32,000 bases of DNA from Mammaliicoccus vitulinus (GTDB lineage: Bacteria; Bacillota; Bacilli; Staphylococcales; Staphylococcaceae): contig NZ_CP118974.1 of assembly GCF_029024305.1 (NCBI RefSeq), positions 1,611,069 to 1,643,068 of the forward strand. Reading direction: 5' to 3'. Position numbers and translations under genes: made by a program. Below the pieces are notes generated by a model. The model made no database searches. It was not told the DNA's origin and worked only from the letters and a program-made list of their open reading frames with translations. Shown here in pieces: positions 11,069-21,134 of this stretch. Each line of letters begins with the position of its first letter. The stretch's first letter is position 1.

Positions 11069-11938
11069 CTAATTACCAAATATTTCTTGTTTTAATCTTT
11101 CACCAGTTGGCGTACCTGCTAAACCACCACGCCCTGTTTCACGTAGAGCAGATGGCATTGTTTGACCAATTTTATACATTGCTTCTATTACTTCGTCAGT
11201 AGGAATTCTTGATTTTACGCCTGCTAACGCCATATCAGCTGAAATAATTGCATTTGAAGCACCTGCTGCATTTCTTTTCACACATGGTACTTCAACTAAA
11301 CCTGCCACTGGATCACAAACAAGTCCAAGCATATTTTTCAAACTAATTGCAAATGCTTCTGCAGATTGTTGAGGTGATCCTCCTGCCATTTCCACAGTTG
11401 CAGCTGCACTCATAGCTGCCGCAGAACCAACTTCTGCCTGACAACCACCTGCTGCACCTGAAATAGATGCATTATTTGCAACAACAAAGCCAAAAGCGCC
11501 AGTTGTAAATAAGAAATGAATCATATCTTCCCTAGACGGATTCAATCTTTTTTTAAGTGCAAATAATACGCCAGGTGCTACGCCAGCTGAACCTGCTGTT
11601 GGTGTTGCACATATTTTACCCATTGCAGCATTAACCTCGTTCGTCGCTACAGCTTTACTTACAGCATCAATCATTAAATCTCCTGAAAGTGATTGACCAC
11701 TTTCTAAATATTTCTGTAACAATACAGCATCCATACCTGTTAACCCTGTCGTAGATGTAACACCGTTTATGCCACGCTCTATCGCTTTTTCCATTGTATC
11801 TAGATTACGTTCCATATTTTGATAAATTTCTTCTTTGGAGAGCTTAGAAACGCGCATTTCTTGCTCAATCATGACTTCGTAAATTTTTTTGTTCTCTCGT
11901 TCACAAATTTCTATAAGTTCTTTCACACTTTGAAACAT
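11069..11938 (-). CDS. sdaAA: L-serine dehydratase, iron-sulfur-dependent, alpha subunit
   Basis: CDPVAGLVEVPCVKRNAAGASNA and AMSAAATVEMAGG motifs. Paired with sdaAB. Confidence 0.95.
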   Translation of the reverse strand: MFQSVKELIEICERENKKIYEVMIEQEMRVSKLSKEEIYQNMERNLDTMEKAIERGINGVTSTTGLTGMDAVLLQKYLESGQSLSGDLMIDAVSKAVATNEVNAAMGKICATPTAGSAGVAPGVLFALKKRLNPSREDMIHFLFTTGAFGFVVANNASISGAAGGCQAEVGSAAAMSAAATVEMAGGSPQQSAEAFAISLKNMLGLVCDPVAGLVEVPCVKRNAAGASNAIISADMALAGVKSRIPTDEVIEAMYKIGQTMPSALRETGRGGLAGTPTGERLKQEIFGN

Positions 11939-11954
11939 GATAATCCTCCTTTTA

Positions 11955-12620
11955 TTAGTCCCCCATTAATGACACTGTTTGTACACCATCGATTTCTTTA
12001 ATCTTCCCTAAAACTTCTTGCGGTATATCATCATCTAATTCACAAGTCATCAAAGCAAGTTCACCCTTCTCTTTACGAGCAACTTGCATGCTTCCAACAT
12101 TAATTTGATAATCACCGAAAATATTTGTAACTTTTCCGATTGTGCCAAATGTATCTTTATGAAACACAAGTAACGCAGGATAATTCCCACTAATAGCTAT
12201 TTGGAAACCGTTTATTGCAACGATTTCTACTTTACCGCCACCAATTGATATACCTTCTACGGAAATTTCCATTTCTTTATTTCTCATACTGATAATTGCA
12301 GTATTAGGATGTGATCTTTCCTCGAACATTTCGATAAAGTTTACATCTATGTCTCGTTGTTCTGCCTCTTGTAAGCTCGTCTTAATTCTGTCGTCATCGG
12401 TATCATAACCTAATATGCCACCAACAAGTGCAACATCTGTCCCATGTCCTTTGTATGTTTCCATAAAAGAACCATACAAATAAATATCTATATGATCTGG
12501 TTTTCCATCAAATAGCCCTCTGGCTATCAATCCAATTCTAACTGCTCCAGCAGTATGTGATGAAGATGGTCCAACCATAACTGGACCTATAATGTCAAAG
12601 ACACTTCTATATTTCATCAT
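11955..12620 (-). CDS. sdaAB: L-serine dehydratase, iron-sulfur-dependent, beta subunit
   Basis: SVFDIIGPVMVGPSSSHTAGAVRIG plus a C-terminal ACT-like domain. ATG at 12620 (MMKYRSVFD) is preferred over the track start at 12650. Confidence 0.94.
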   Translation of the reverse strand: MMKYRSVFDIIGPVMVGPSSSHTAGAVRIGLIARGLFDGKPDHIDIYLYGSFMETYKGHGTDVALVGGILGYDTDDDRIKTSLQEAEQRDIDVNFIEMFEERSHPNTAIISMRNKEMEISVEGISIGGGKVEIVAINGFQIAISGNYPALLVFHKDTFGTIGKVTNIFGDYQINVGSMQVARKEKGELALMTCELDDDIPQEVLGKIKEIDGVQTVSLMGD

Positions 12621-12695
12621 AATCACTCGCTTCTCTTTTAATTTCACCATACTATTATAACAACTATAACAAGTTTTGTAAGCGTTTTAAAATAT

Positions 12696-12730
12696 AAAAA
12701 ACAACAACGTGTTTAACATTGTTGTTTTTT
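12696..12730 (-). terminator. Terminator downstream of fakA
   Basis: AAAAAACAACAA...TTGTTGTTTTTT inverted repeat, 12-bp stem. Confidence 0.75.
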
Positions 12731-12741
12731 ATCATATAAGA

Positions 12742-14391
12742 TTATTCTACAGAGAATAGAAATGAATAAATTGGTTGATCTCCTTGATGAACTTCTACTT
12801 CAACTTCTTCATAGTTTTCTTCAACGTATGATGCTAATTGAGCAACTTCTTTATCAGTCGCATCTTCACCTTTTATAATTGTAAGAATCTCACTATCTTC
12901 ATCGATCATTTCATCGATTAATTTTTTGCTTACTGAAAGGTGATCAGCGTCACTTACTTTAATACTACTTTCGTGTATACCCATGAATTCGCCTTTTTTA
13001 ATTGTGATTCCATCAATATTTGTATCTCGGACCGCATAAGTTACAGAACCAGATTTAACAAAACTCATCGCTTCTTCCATTTGAGCTTTATTTTCTTCAA
13101 TAGATTGTTCCAAGTTAAGATTCAGCATAGCTGAAAGTCCTTGTGAAACTGTTTTTGAAGTAACAACAGCTACTGGAATATCAACTAAATGTTCTACTTG
13201 CTCAGCTGCCATAATAATATTTTTATTATTTGGTAATATAATTGCATTTTTACAACCAGATTGTTTAACAACTTTTACAATATCTTCTGTTGATGGGTTC
13301 ATAGTTTGACCACCGCTTATTACATGTGTAGCTCCGAGTGATTTGAATAATTTAGTTATCCCTTCACCCATAGAAATTGTAATAATAGCAGTTTCTATAT
13401 CTTCTTGCTGTTCTTGTTTTATTTTCTTGTCTGCGCTTTTTCTTAGTACTTCTCTATGTTGTTCGCGCATATTTTCAATTTTAATTTTAATAAGTTCACC
13501 GTATTGACTGCCATATGTAAGCACTTCTCCCGGTGTTTCTGAGTGAACATGAATTTTAACGATTTCATCATCTGAAATGACGAGCAATGAATCACCGAAT
13601 TGGCTCATGTCTTCTCTAAATTGATCTTCATCGAAAGGCTTTTTATCTTTACCAAAACGAACCATAATTTCTGTACAATAACCATACACAATATCTTCAG
13701 TATCCATAACGCCACCAAAGTCATGATCATCGTTTATAAATTCGTCTGTATCAACTTTTTCTTTATTTGGTTCGATTTTTTCACCTTTTAAAGCTGCTAG
13801 GAATCCTTCGTATACAAACATCAAGCCTTGACCACCACTGTCAACTACACCTACTTCTTTAAGAACAGGTAATTGATTTGGTGTATTCTCTAATGCTTTT
13901 TGTCCTTGTTCGATAACTGCTTCCATAATTGTCATGATATCATCTGTAGTTTCAGAAGATTTCACTGCTGCTTCCCCAGCAACTCTTGCAACTGTTAAAA
14001 TAGTACCTTCAACTGGTTTCATTACAGCTTTATAAGCAGTGTTTACACCTGATTGAAATGCTTTAGCGAATTGTTTAGCATCTATTTCATGCTCGTTCTC
14101 GATTGATTTTGAGAACCCTCTAAATAATTGAGATAAGATAACACCTGAGTTACCTCTCGCTCCCATTAATAAACCTTTAGAAAATACTTTACCTACTTCA
14201 CCTATATGCGCGCTATTTTGAGATTTAATCTCCGCTGCACCAGATGACATAGATAAATTCATATTTGTTCCTGTATCTCCATCTGGAACTGGAAATACGT
14301 TTAAAGAATCTACAAAATCTGCATTGTTTGATAAACTGTCTGATCCTTGAACGATCATGTCAGCAAACAATTTGCCGTCAATCTTTTTCAT
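12742..14391 (-). CDS. fakA: Fatty acid kinase subunit A (DAK1/DegV-associated kinase, YloV)
   Basis: [19 protein letters not shown] and [21 protein letters not shown]. Full-length match to the S. aureus FakA architecture. Confidence 0.94.
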   Translation of the reverse strand: MKKIDGKLFADMIVQGSDSLSNNADFVDSLNVFPVPDGDTGTNMNLSMSSGAAEIKSQNSAHIGEVGKVFSKGLLMGARGNSGVILSQLFRGFSKSIENEHEIDAKQFAKAFQSGVNTAYKAVMKPVEGTILTVARVAGEAAVKSSETTDDIMTIMEAVIEQGQKALENTPNQLPVLKEVGVVDSGGQGLMFVYEGFLAALKGEKIEPNKEKVDTDEFINDDHDFGGVMDTEDIVYGYCTEIMVRFGKDKKPFDEDQFREDMSQFGDSLLVISDDEIVKIHVHSETPGEVLTYGSQYGELIKIKIENMREQHREVLRKSADKKIKQEQQEDIETAIITISMGEGITKLFKSLGATHVISGGQTMNPSTEDIVKVVKQSGCKNAIILPNNKNIIMAAEQVEHLVDIPVAVVTSKTVSQGLSAMLNLNLEQSIEENKAQMEEAMSFVKSGSVTYAVRDTNIDGITIKKGEFMGIHESSIKVSDADHLSVSKKLIDEMIDEDSEILTIIKGEDATDKEVAQLASYVEENYEEVEVEVHQGDQPIYSFLFSVE

Positions 14392-14406
14392 ACTCTAATT
14401 GCCTCC

Positions 14407-14781
14407 CTATGCTTCCTCATCATCATTAATAACTCTAACACCTTGGATATATATGTTTACTGCGTTGACTTTTAAATTTAATGATTGTTCTAAAGTATAT
14501 TTAACAGCAGATTGGACATTGTTTGCTATTTCTGAGATTTTCGTACCATAACTCACAATTATATACATATCTACATCAAGAACACCTTCATTTTGAGATA
14601 CTATAACACCTTTGGCATAATTGTCACGTCCTAGAATTTCAGCTATTCCATCTCTAACTTGGTGTTTACTTGCCATTCCTACGATACCATAACATTCTAC
14701 GGCAGCACCGCCTGCAAGTGTTGCAATAACATCATTCGAAATATCGATACTTCCATACTCATTCGTAATTTCTAAAGTCAT
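14407..14781 (-). CDS. Asp23/Gls24 family protein (YloU-like)
   Basis: GSIDISNDVIATLAGGAAVECYGIVGMASK and the conserved position between rpmB and fakA. Start MTLEITN at 14781. Confidence 0.9.
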   Translation of the reverse strand: MTLEITNEYGSIDISNDVIATLAGGAAVECYGIVGMASKHQVRDGIAEILGRDNYAKGVIVSQNEGVLDVDMYIIVSYGTKISEIANNVQSAVKYTLEQSLNLKVNAVNIYIQGVRVINDDEEA

Positions 14782-15006
14782 GATTACGTCCCTCCTACAC
14801 ATCTAAGTTTATAAATTATTATTTTTACTTTTATATGTTCTGTTTAATTATACTTAATATCACATTCACATCGCAAGAATTCATCATTTTAACCACGTTA
14901 TTTTATATAACGTTTTCACAAGATATTATTATAACAAATAAATCCAACTTTAAAACACTTTTCACGAAATTTGTTATTATTTTTTCTGTTTTTTTAAAAA
15001 TATACG

Positions 15007-15035
15007 TTGAATAAATCATAAGTGCATGGTATATT
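15007..15035 (+). promoter_or_regulatory. Promoter upstream of rpmB
   Basis: TTGAAT-N17-TATATT, with SD AAAGGAGG further downstream before ATG 15094. Confidence 0.55.
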
Positions 15036-15093
15036 ATTAAAGTGTGTAAACGTAAATAAATGTGTATTTATATTTCATTAAAGGAGGATATTT

Positions 15094-15282
15094 ATGGCTA
15101 AAGAATGTTTCGTTACAGGTCGTAAAGCTAGAACGGGTAATAATCGTTCTCACGCATTAAATGCTAGCAAACGTCGTTGGAACGCTAACTTACAAAAAGT
15201 TAGAATTTTAGTTGACGGTAAGCCTAAACGTGTATGGGTTTCAGCTCGTGCGCTTAAATCAGGTAAAGTTACGCGCGTTTAA
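15094..15282 (+). CDS. rpmB: 50S ribosomal protein L28
   Basis: [62 protein letters not shown]. Confidence 0.97.
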   Translation: MAKECFVTGRKARTGNNRSHALNASKRRWNANLQKVRILVDGKPKRVWVSARALKSGKVTRV

Positions 15283-15305
15283 TGAATATAAGTCACATAT
15301 AGTAA

Positions 15306-15338
15306 AGAGAACCTTTGTGTGGAAGGTTCTCTTTTTTT
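15306..15338. terminator. Terminator of rpmB, also reachable from the converging thiN side
   Basis: AGAGAACCTT-tgtgtgg-AAGGTTCTCTTTTTTT, 10-bp stem plus T-tract. It abuts the thiN stop. Confidence 0.85.
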
Positions 15339-15978
15339 ATTTATCTTTACTTTGAATCATCAAAATATTTCCAAGCTCTACCGTTACTAAAGGTTGGTCG
15401 TACCCTTCTTTAAATTCATTACTAATTGTTAAAGTCGAACCTTGTTCCAAAGTAGTATACGGCAATTCATATTTAAATTCATCCAATTTTATACGGATAT
15501 TGGTATTTAAAGGAATAAAAGAAACATATTTCATACCTTCAACTTGCGATATTCTATGACTACCAGGTTTCAACACAGTAATCTCATTTTGAGAATCAAT
15601 CAGCGATATTTTAATATCCTCCGCTAAAAATTCTGGCTTAGTTAATATTTGAACAGCTCCCATAAAATGGTCCAATCGACCACCAGTCGCGCCATATATT
15701 CTAATTTCATCATAACCTAATTCAACTGCAAGATTAACGGCTAATGCTAAGTCTGTATCATCTTTTTCTTTTTTGACTGGGTCAATTTCAATCTGTTTTT
15801 TGATTTGATGCAACTCTTCATTTGTAACTGAGTCAAAATCACCAACTGCCGCTATCGGCATTATTTGATGGTTTAATAGTTCTAATGTACCTCTATCTAC
15901 GCCTATCCAGTCATTTTGTTGTTCTTGAAGAACATCCTTATCTACATTACGTAAACTACATAATAAATTCACTTTCAA
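15337..15978 (-). CDS. thiN: Thiamine pyrophosphokinase
   Basis: VGDFDSV, DKDDTDLALAV and YGATGGRLDH motifs. Adjacent to rpe and rsgA. Confidence 0.92.
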   Translation of the reverse strand: MKVNLLCSLRNVDKDVLQEQQNDWIGVDRGTLELLNHQIMPIAAVGDFDSVTNEELHQIKKQIEIDPVKKEKDDTDLALAVNLAVELGYDEIRIYGATGGRLDHFMGAVQILTKPEFLAEDIKISLIDSQNEITVLKPGSHRISQVEGMKYVSFIPLNTNIRIKLDEFKYELPYTTLEQGSTLTISNEFKEGYDQPLVTVELGNILMIQSKDK

Positions 15979-15980
15979 TA

Positions 15981-16628
15981 TTATTCACCCTTTAATTTAC
16001 GAACTGGTTCATTATAATCATCATGATTGAAATAATATGATCCAGCTACTAAAATATCTGCGCCTTGATCTACGCATAATTTCCCTGTTTGATCGTTTAT
16101 ACCACCATCTACTTCTATTTCAAAGCTTAAGTTGTTATTTTTTCTGAAATGATCTAACCAAGTAATTTTATCTAATGTAGAATCGATAAATCCTTGTCCA
16201 CCAAAGCCAGGATTAACGGTCATAATAAGTACAAAGTCTACATCTTGCAGAATTTGAGATAATGACTCTACTGGAGTACCTGGATTAATAACAACGCCTG
16301 CTAATTTATCGTGAGACTTTATTTGTTGGATTGCTCTATGAATATGGTTTGTTGCTTCATAATGTACTGATACCATATCACTTCCAGCTTCACAGAATAA
16401 ATCTATCATTTGTTCAGGATTTTCAATCATTAGATGCGTATCAATCGTCATGTCTGTTACTTTTCTTAATGATTCTAAAATGGGTAAACCTACAGAAATA
16501 TTAGGGACGAATTGACCGTCCATTACATCAAAGTGTAATAAATCCGCTCCAGATTCACGCACACTCGTAACTTCTTCTTTTAATATTGCAAAATCACACG
16601 CTAAAAGTGAAGGTGCTATTTTTACCAT
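15981..16628 (-). CDS. rpe: Ribulose-phosphate 3-epimerase
   Basis: KIAPSLLACDF, LHFDVMDGQFVPN, MTVNPGFGGQ and EVDGGI motifs. Confidence 0.95.
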   Translation of the reverse strand: MVKIAPSLLACDFAILKEEVTSVRESGADLLHFDVMDGQFVPNISVGLPILESLRKVTDMTIDTHLMIENPEQMIDLFCEAGSDMVSVHYEATNHIHRAIQQIKSHDKLAGVVINPGTPVESLSQILQDVDFVLIMTVNPGFGGQGFIDSTLDKITWLDHFRKNNNLSFEIEVDGGINDQTGKLCVDQGADILVAGSYYFNHDDYNEPVRKLKGE

Positions 16629-17503
16629 TAATATCTTACCTTTCTATTTTGTATTTCTTCAAACAGTGTTAAATAATGCTTATATCTCAATTTATAAAAT
16701 TCTTTTTCTTCTATTAATGCTTTCACAGCACATTTCGGTTCGTTAATGTGTGTGCAATTTCTAAATTTACATTCTGATTTAATCGATTCAAACTCTGGAA
16801 ATAAATTAGCGAGTTCTTCTTTTTCTATATGAGAAAAATCTAACGCACTAAAACCAGGTGTATCCGCTAAATAACCGTCTTCCATTTCATATAGTTCAAC
16901 ATGCCTTGTCGTATGTTTCCCTCTATTAAGTGCTTTGGAAATTTTATTTGTTTCCAAATTCAAATCTTTAAATAGTCGATTCATAATTGTTGATTTACCG
17001 ACACCAGATTGTCCACTTAATACAATAATGCCTTTAATTAATGGTTTTATAGATTGTGTTAAGTCATCTTCATTTCCAACAAATAATGTCTCATAACCTA
17101 TAGTTTCGTAATCCTTTAATATTTCTTGAACTTTATTAATTTCAGAATCGTTAGCTAAGTCTTTTTTAGTCACACATATTATAGGTGTGATCTTGTATGA
17201 GTGAACGACGACTAAGAAACGATCTAACAATTGTTGACTAAATTCAGGTTCAATAGCACTTATTACGACAATAACTTTATCTATATTAGACACAGGAGGT
17301 CTTAACAACATATTTTCTCTTTCGTGTATATGATGAATGTAGCCTCCAGTTTCATTTTCAACTTGAAAATCTACCATATCTCCCACTACTGGAGATGTTT
17401 TTCTTTTACGAAATAAACCTCTCGCTTTCGTAATATAAACACCATCACTAGTCTGAACTGAGTAATCACCACTAATTGATTTAATTATACGACCAGTTTT
17501 CAA
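16628..17503 (-). CDS. rsgA: Ribosome small subunit-dependent GTPase A
   Basis: Circularly permuted GTPase: VTKKD (G4), GQSGVGKST (G1), DTPGF (G3), plus a C-terminal Cys/His Zn site. Confidence 0.95.
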   Translation of the reverse strand: MKTGRIIKSISGDYSVQTSDGVYITKARGLFRKRKTSPVVGDMVDFQVENETGGYIHHIHERENMLLRPPVSNIDKVIVVISAIEPEFSQQLLDRFLVVVHSYKITPIICVTKKDLANDSEINKVQEILKDYETIGYETLFVGNEDDLTQSIKPLIKGIIVLSGQSGVGKSTIMNRLFKDLNLETNKISKALNRGKHTTRHVELYEMEDGYLADTPGFSALDFSHIEKEELANLFPEFESIKSECKFRNCTHINEPKCAVKALIEEKEFYKLRYKHYLTLFEEIQNRKVRY

Positions 17504-17561
17504 TATAACACCTACCTCACTTTATTTTAATTATACCAAATGACAATCCATTTATACTACT

Positions 17562-18947
17562 TTACTCATCATGTTCGAATAATATTGTAACTTTCGTACC
17601 TTCATCAAGCACGCTTTCAAAGAATATTTGAGCATTATGATGCTCGATAATAGAATCCACTATCGATAGGCCAAGACCATTGCTATCAACATGTACATTA
17701 TGCGATTGATCACCTTTATAAAATCTATCTCTAATTTGGCTTAACTGCTTTTGCGTCATACCATATCCTTCATCTATGAATGATACGTTGATGAATCCAT
17801 CTTGCTTAGAAACGTTAATTTGAATCATGCTATATTCAGGTGAATATTTAATAGCATTATTTAAAATGTTATAAAACGCCTGGTATAACAACTTATTGTT
17901 ACCTTGAATCGTTATTTCTTCCATATCAAAGACGATTGAAATTTCTTTATCATCTAACAAGTAATTTAAATTTCTTACGACTTCTTTTATCACTTTATCC
18001 AACTCGATCGACTCATTAAATGTAAGATGATCACTATTATCTAATTCTGATAATAATAATAACTGTTTCGTCAAATTGCTTAAACGATATGCTCTGCCGT
18101 ATATATCTTCAATAATTTGTACTCTTTTACTTTCGTTCTTTTCGTATTCAAGTTCCCTTAGCAAACTTAAAATCGATTGTAATGGTGATTTTATTTCATG
18201 AGATACATTTTGTACAAAAGATTGTCTCATCGTCTCAAGTTGCTTTAATTCATCTCTCATTTTGATGAATCTATGTTGTAAAATACCAATTTCATCATCT
18301 CTTGTTACTTTAATATCTACATCGAAGTCACCTTTACCTAATGACTCTGTCGTGTTCATCAATCTTCTAATTGGATTAGCAAGTGAATGACTTGAAAACA
18401 TGACTAATACTAAAGATATCACGACTAATAAAACAAGTAGAATCGCTAAAAATATTCTAAATTCACCAAGCATTGAACCTACGCTCGGTCTTAAAAATAA
18501 TGCATATTCAGAACCTTGATGGTTTATTTTCATGCCTACCGTATTTCTCGTTTCATTATCAAAAAAGCCAGTTATAAATATATTAAATGGACGTTCTTTT
18601 ATACCATGATATGTTTTGCCATTAAGTACTTTTTTAACGGACTTTTCATCTAAATTATATTTCCTAAAATGGTCACCATAATACGTTGATTCCATCTTAT
18701 CATCATATATGATTGCTTGATAATGAAGTTCACTCAAATGCTCTAAATATGTATCTAAGTTCATTTCATGATCATGATCTATATACTTCTGAACTTTCTT
18801 TAAAGTTTCCATCACTTTATAGTCATTTTTTTCTTTTAAGTCGATATGATAATAAATATTTGTCAATACAAACCCTAATATAGAACTCACTGTCATAACG
18901 ACAATCGTATATATTGTAATCCTTTGTGCTAAAGATTTAAACTTCAT
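17562..18947 (-). CDS. hssS: Sensor histidine kinase, HssS-like
   Basis: FVLTNIYYHIDLKEKNDYKVMETLKK and HGIKERPFNIFITGFFDNETRNTVG closely resemble S. aureus HssS. HAMP domain, H-box FVQNVSHEIKSPL and N/G boxes are present. Confidence 0.82.
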   Translation of the reverse strand: MKFKSLAQRITIYTIVVMTVSSILGFVLTNIYYHIDLKEKNDYKVMETLKKVQKYIDHDHEMNLDTYLEHLSELHYQAIIYDDKMESTYYGDHFRKYNLDEKSVKKVLNGKTYHGIKERPFNIFITGFFDNETRNTVGMKINHQGSEYALFLRPSVGSMLGEFRIFLAILLVLLVVISLVLVMFSSHSLANPIRRLMNTTESLGKGDFDVDIKVTRDDEIGILQHRFIKMRDELKQLETMRQSFVQNVSHEIKSPLQSILSLLRELEYEKNESKRVQIIEDIYGRAYRLSNLTKQLLLLSELDNSDHLTFNESIELDKVIKEVVRNLNYLLDDKEISIVFDMEEITIQGNNKLLYQAFYNILNNAIKYSPEYSMIQINVSKQDGFINVSFIDEGYGMTQKQLSQIRDRFYKGDQSHNVHVDSNGLGLSIVDSIIEHHNAQIFFESVLDEGTKVTILFEHDE

Positions 18948-19617
18948 GCTCTAGCACCGCCTTGTATCCGACACCTCTCACAGTTTTAATCAAGACGTCA
19001 CTTTCTAATTTTTCTAATCGTTTTCTTAAACGCTTTATATGGACATCAAGCGTTCGTTCATCGCCTTCAAAATCTATTCCCCATACAACTTCAATAATTT
19101 TATCTCTTTGCATGACTTTATCTTTGTTTCTCATTAAATAATCCAATAAGGCAAATTCCTTTTTAGGTAAAAGCATTGATTTATTGTTAATCGTAATTTC
19201 CATATCAAATGAATTTACAAGTGTATTGCCTATTTTTAATTCGCTAGAAGAATTAATTTTAAACCTTCTTAAGACCGCTTTAATTCTAAAAATCAGCTCT
19301 TTCATTTCAAACGGTTTCGTGACGTAATCATCTGTCCCAGATAAGAATGCATTTTCTTTATCACTTAGTTCATCTCTAGCAGTTAGCATGATAACAGGTA
19401 TGTCAAAACTATCTTTAAGTGTTTTACACAATTCAAAGCCATTCATGCCAGGCATCATAATATCTACAACAGCAATATCTATATATTTATGTTCGACAAC
19501 TTCCATTGCTTCTTCGCCGCTTAGACTTGTTACAACATGTATATTTTCACGTTCGATTTCTCTTTTTAAATCGTTTAATATAAATCGATCATCATCAACT
19601 ACTAAGCAAGTTACCAT
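18937..19617 (-). CDS. hssR: OmpR-family response regulator, HssR-like
   Basis: CLVVDDDRFILND, DIAVVDIMMPGMNGF, PVIMLTARDELSDKENAFLSGTDDYVTKPFEMKELIFRIKAVLRR and GDERTLDVHIKRLRKRLEK resemble S. aureus HssR. Its 3' end overlaps the kinase start. Confidence 0.83.
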   Translation of the reverse strand: MVTCLVVDDDRFILNDLKREIERENIHVVTSLSGEEAMEVVEHKYIDIAVVDIMMPGMNGFELCKTLKDSFDIPVIMLTARDELSDKENAFLSGTDDYVTKPFEMKELIFRIKAVLRRFKINSSSELKIGNTLVNSFDMEITINNKSMLLPKKEFALLDYLMRNKDKVMQRDKIIEVVWGIDFEGDERTLDVHIKRLRKRLEKLESDVLIKTVRGVGYKAVLEHEV

Positions 19618-19696
19618 GTTATCACCTCTTTCTATTATGATACCAAATTAGCGGTATATTTATTACAAAAAACTCAAATCTTCTACTCATCAATAT

Positions 19697-19735
19697 AAAA
19701 AAGGCTGCCAACAAGTTATATTTTTGTTGGCAGCC
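19697..19735 (-). terminator. Strong terminator between the P450 gene and hssR
   Basis: GGCTGCCAACAA / TTGTTGGCAGCC 12-bp stem, with a U-run on the minus strand immediately after. Confidence 0.9.
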
Positions 19736-19769
19736 CGTTTCATTTAACTATTAAAATAACATAAAATGA

Positions 19770-21059
19770 TTAAACAGATTCTACGTTACGATTAACTAAT
19801 GCATTAACATTTTCAATGATTGTACCACTTACAACACGACCAGGTAATTTATTCAAGTTAACTGATAAATCTTGGTCTTTTTTAACATCATATGAAATAT
19901 TTCTTGCGAAGTATTTCATTGATTCTTCCATAATAATAAGCGTCATCCATTCACCAGCACAACGGTGGTTTGTATGATAATCTCCTCCACCTTGAGGAAT
20001 TAAATCGAATGGACTACCATCCCAGTCGCTGAAACGGTTAGGATAGAATCTTTCAGGATTTTCCCATAAACCTTCTCTGTGTAATGTTCCGTAAATATCT
20101 AATACTAAGAACGTATCTTTTTCGATTGTATATCCTTCAAATTCGATATCAACCGCCGCTTTACCAGGTAAGAATGGTACGAACGGATAGAATCTTCTTA
20201 TTTCTTGTACAAATTTGTAAGCATAGTCATCTTCGTTGTTGAAGACTTTTTCAGCTTCACCTGGATAATCATGTAGTGCTTTAACACCGAAACTAATAAA
20301 ACGGTTAATCGCTACTAAAGGACGTACAACGTTCATTAAATCAATGGCACATAATCTAGAATCCATTAAGTTACCTTCGAAATCTTCCCAATGACTAAAT
20401 TCATGTAAAGCTGTACCTTGTGGAGGTGTTAATTTACCTTCACGTACTGCAATAATTTGATTTTCAAGGAATGTTTCTACTCTAGCTCTAGCTTGTTTAG
20501 CTTCTCTATAACCTTTAAATACGGTACCGATATTTTTAAATGAATCAATCATTGTATCCATATCTTGCGCACAACTTTCGATTTCTTCTGGAGAAGCGAT
20601 GATACCAGCCCATCTAAATCCTACTTTAGTTAATAGAATGATAGATTCTTTATAAACGTTTACTTCATCCATTCTTTCCATACGTTCAGTATTCATAAAC
20701 CAAGTACTGCGTGTAAGTTCTCTTAAGTAATCTAAGTTTTCTTCAGTCATTAATGACATAAATAACGCTTTACGGTCTATATGTTTTTTACCACCTGTAG
20801 TATGTATAGCACCTTTACCAAATAAAGTGTTTACAACACGTTTAGGTAACGTTCCTTGTCTTTCAGTTAACTCATTGTTATAAAAAAGTTCTGCAGCTTC
20901 TTTACCACTTATAACTACTGTTCTTCTTCCGCCTAAAGCTCTTAATTCAAAAATGTTAGTATCGAATTTTTCTAGTCTATTTGGCACATATTTATAACCT
21001 TCTTTTAAAACCTTTAACGTACTATCAAGCCCACGATCTTTTGGTATTTGCTTACCCAT
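19770..21059 (-). CDS. CYP152-family cytochrome P450 fatty-acid peroxygenase/decarboxylase (OleT-like)
   Basis: KGAIHTTGGKKHIDRKALFMSLMTEENLDYLRELTRSTW, VVRPLVAINRF (substrate-carboxylate Arg-Pro) and DLIPQGGGDYHTNHRCAGEW (heme Cys). Very close to Jeotgalicoccus OleT. The start MGKQIPKDRGLD (21059) is preferred over the track TTG at 21134. Confidence 0.93.
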   Translation of the reverse strand: MGKQIPKDRGLDSTLKVLKEGYKYVPNRLEKFDTNIFELRALGGRRTVVISGKEAAELFYNNELTERQGTLPKRVVNTLFGKGAIHTTGGKKHIDRKALFMSLMTEENLDYLRELTRSTWFMNTERMERMDEVNVYKESIILLTKVGFRWAGIIASPEEIESCAQDMDTMIDSFKNIGTVFKGYREAKQARARVETFLENQIIAVREGKLTPPQGTALHEFSHWEDFEGNLMDSRLCAIDLMNVVRPLVAINRFISFGVKALHDYPGEAEKVFNNEDDYAYKFVQEIRRFYPFVPFLPGKAAVDIEFEGYTIEKDTFLVLDIYGTLHREGLWENPERFYPNRFSDWDGSPFDLIPQGGGDYHTNHRCAGEWMTLIIMEESMKYFARNISYDVKKDQDLSVNLNKLPGRVVSGTIIENVNALVNRNVESV

Positions 21060-21105
21060 AAAGTCATTGCCCCCTATAATTATTTTAAATTTCATATACT
21101 TATAT

Positions 21106-21134
21106 ATTATTTCATTTTCTAAGAAAATAATCAA
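21106..21134 (-). promoter_or_regulatory. Candidate P450 promoter with an operator-like palindrome in the spacer
   Basis: Minus strand TTGATT-N17-AATAAT. A perfect 7+1+7 palindrome ATTTTCT-A-AGAAAAT (21114-21128) lies inside the spacer. Confidence 0.4.

Noticed and set aside
11069-12620. sdaAB-sdaAA between fakA and recG as an insertion
   Set aside because: This matches the Bacillus subtilis gene order as I recall it, so it is more likely ancestral synteny than accessory content.
17562-19617. The two-component pair as a novel signalling family
   Set aside because: Sensor and regulator sequences resemble S. aureus HssS/HssR closely. The unusual part is the genomic context, not the family.
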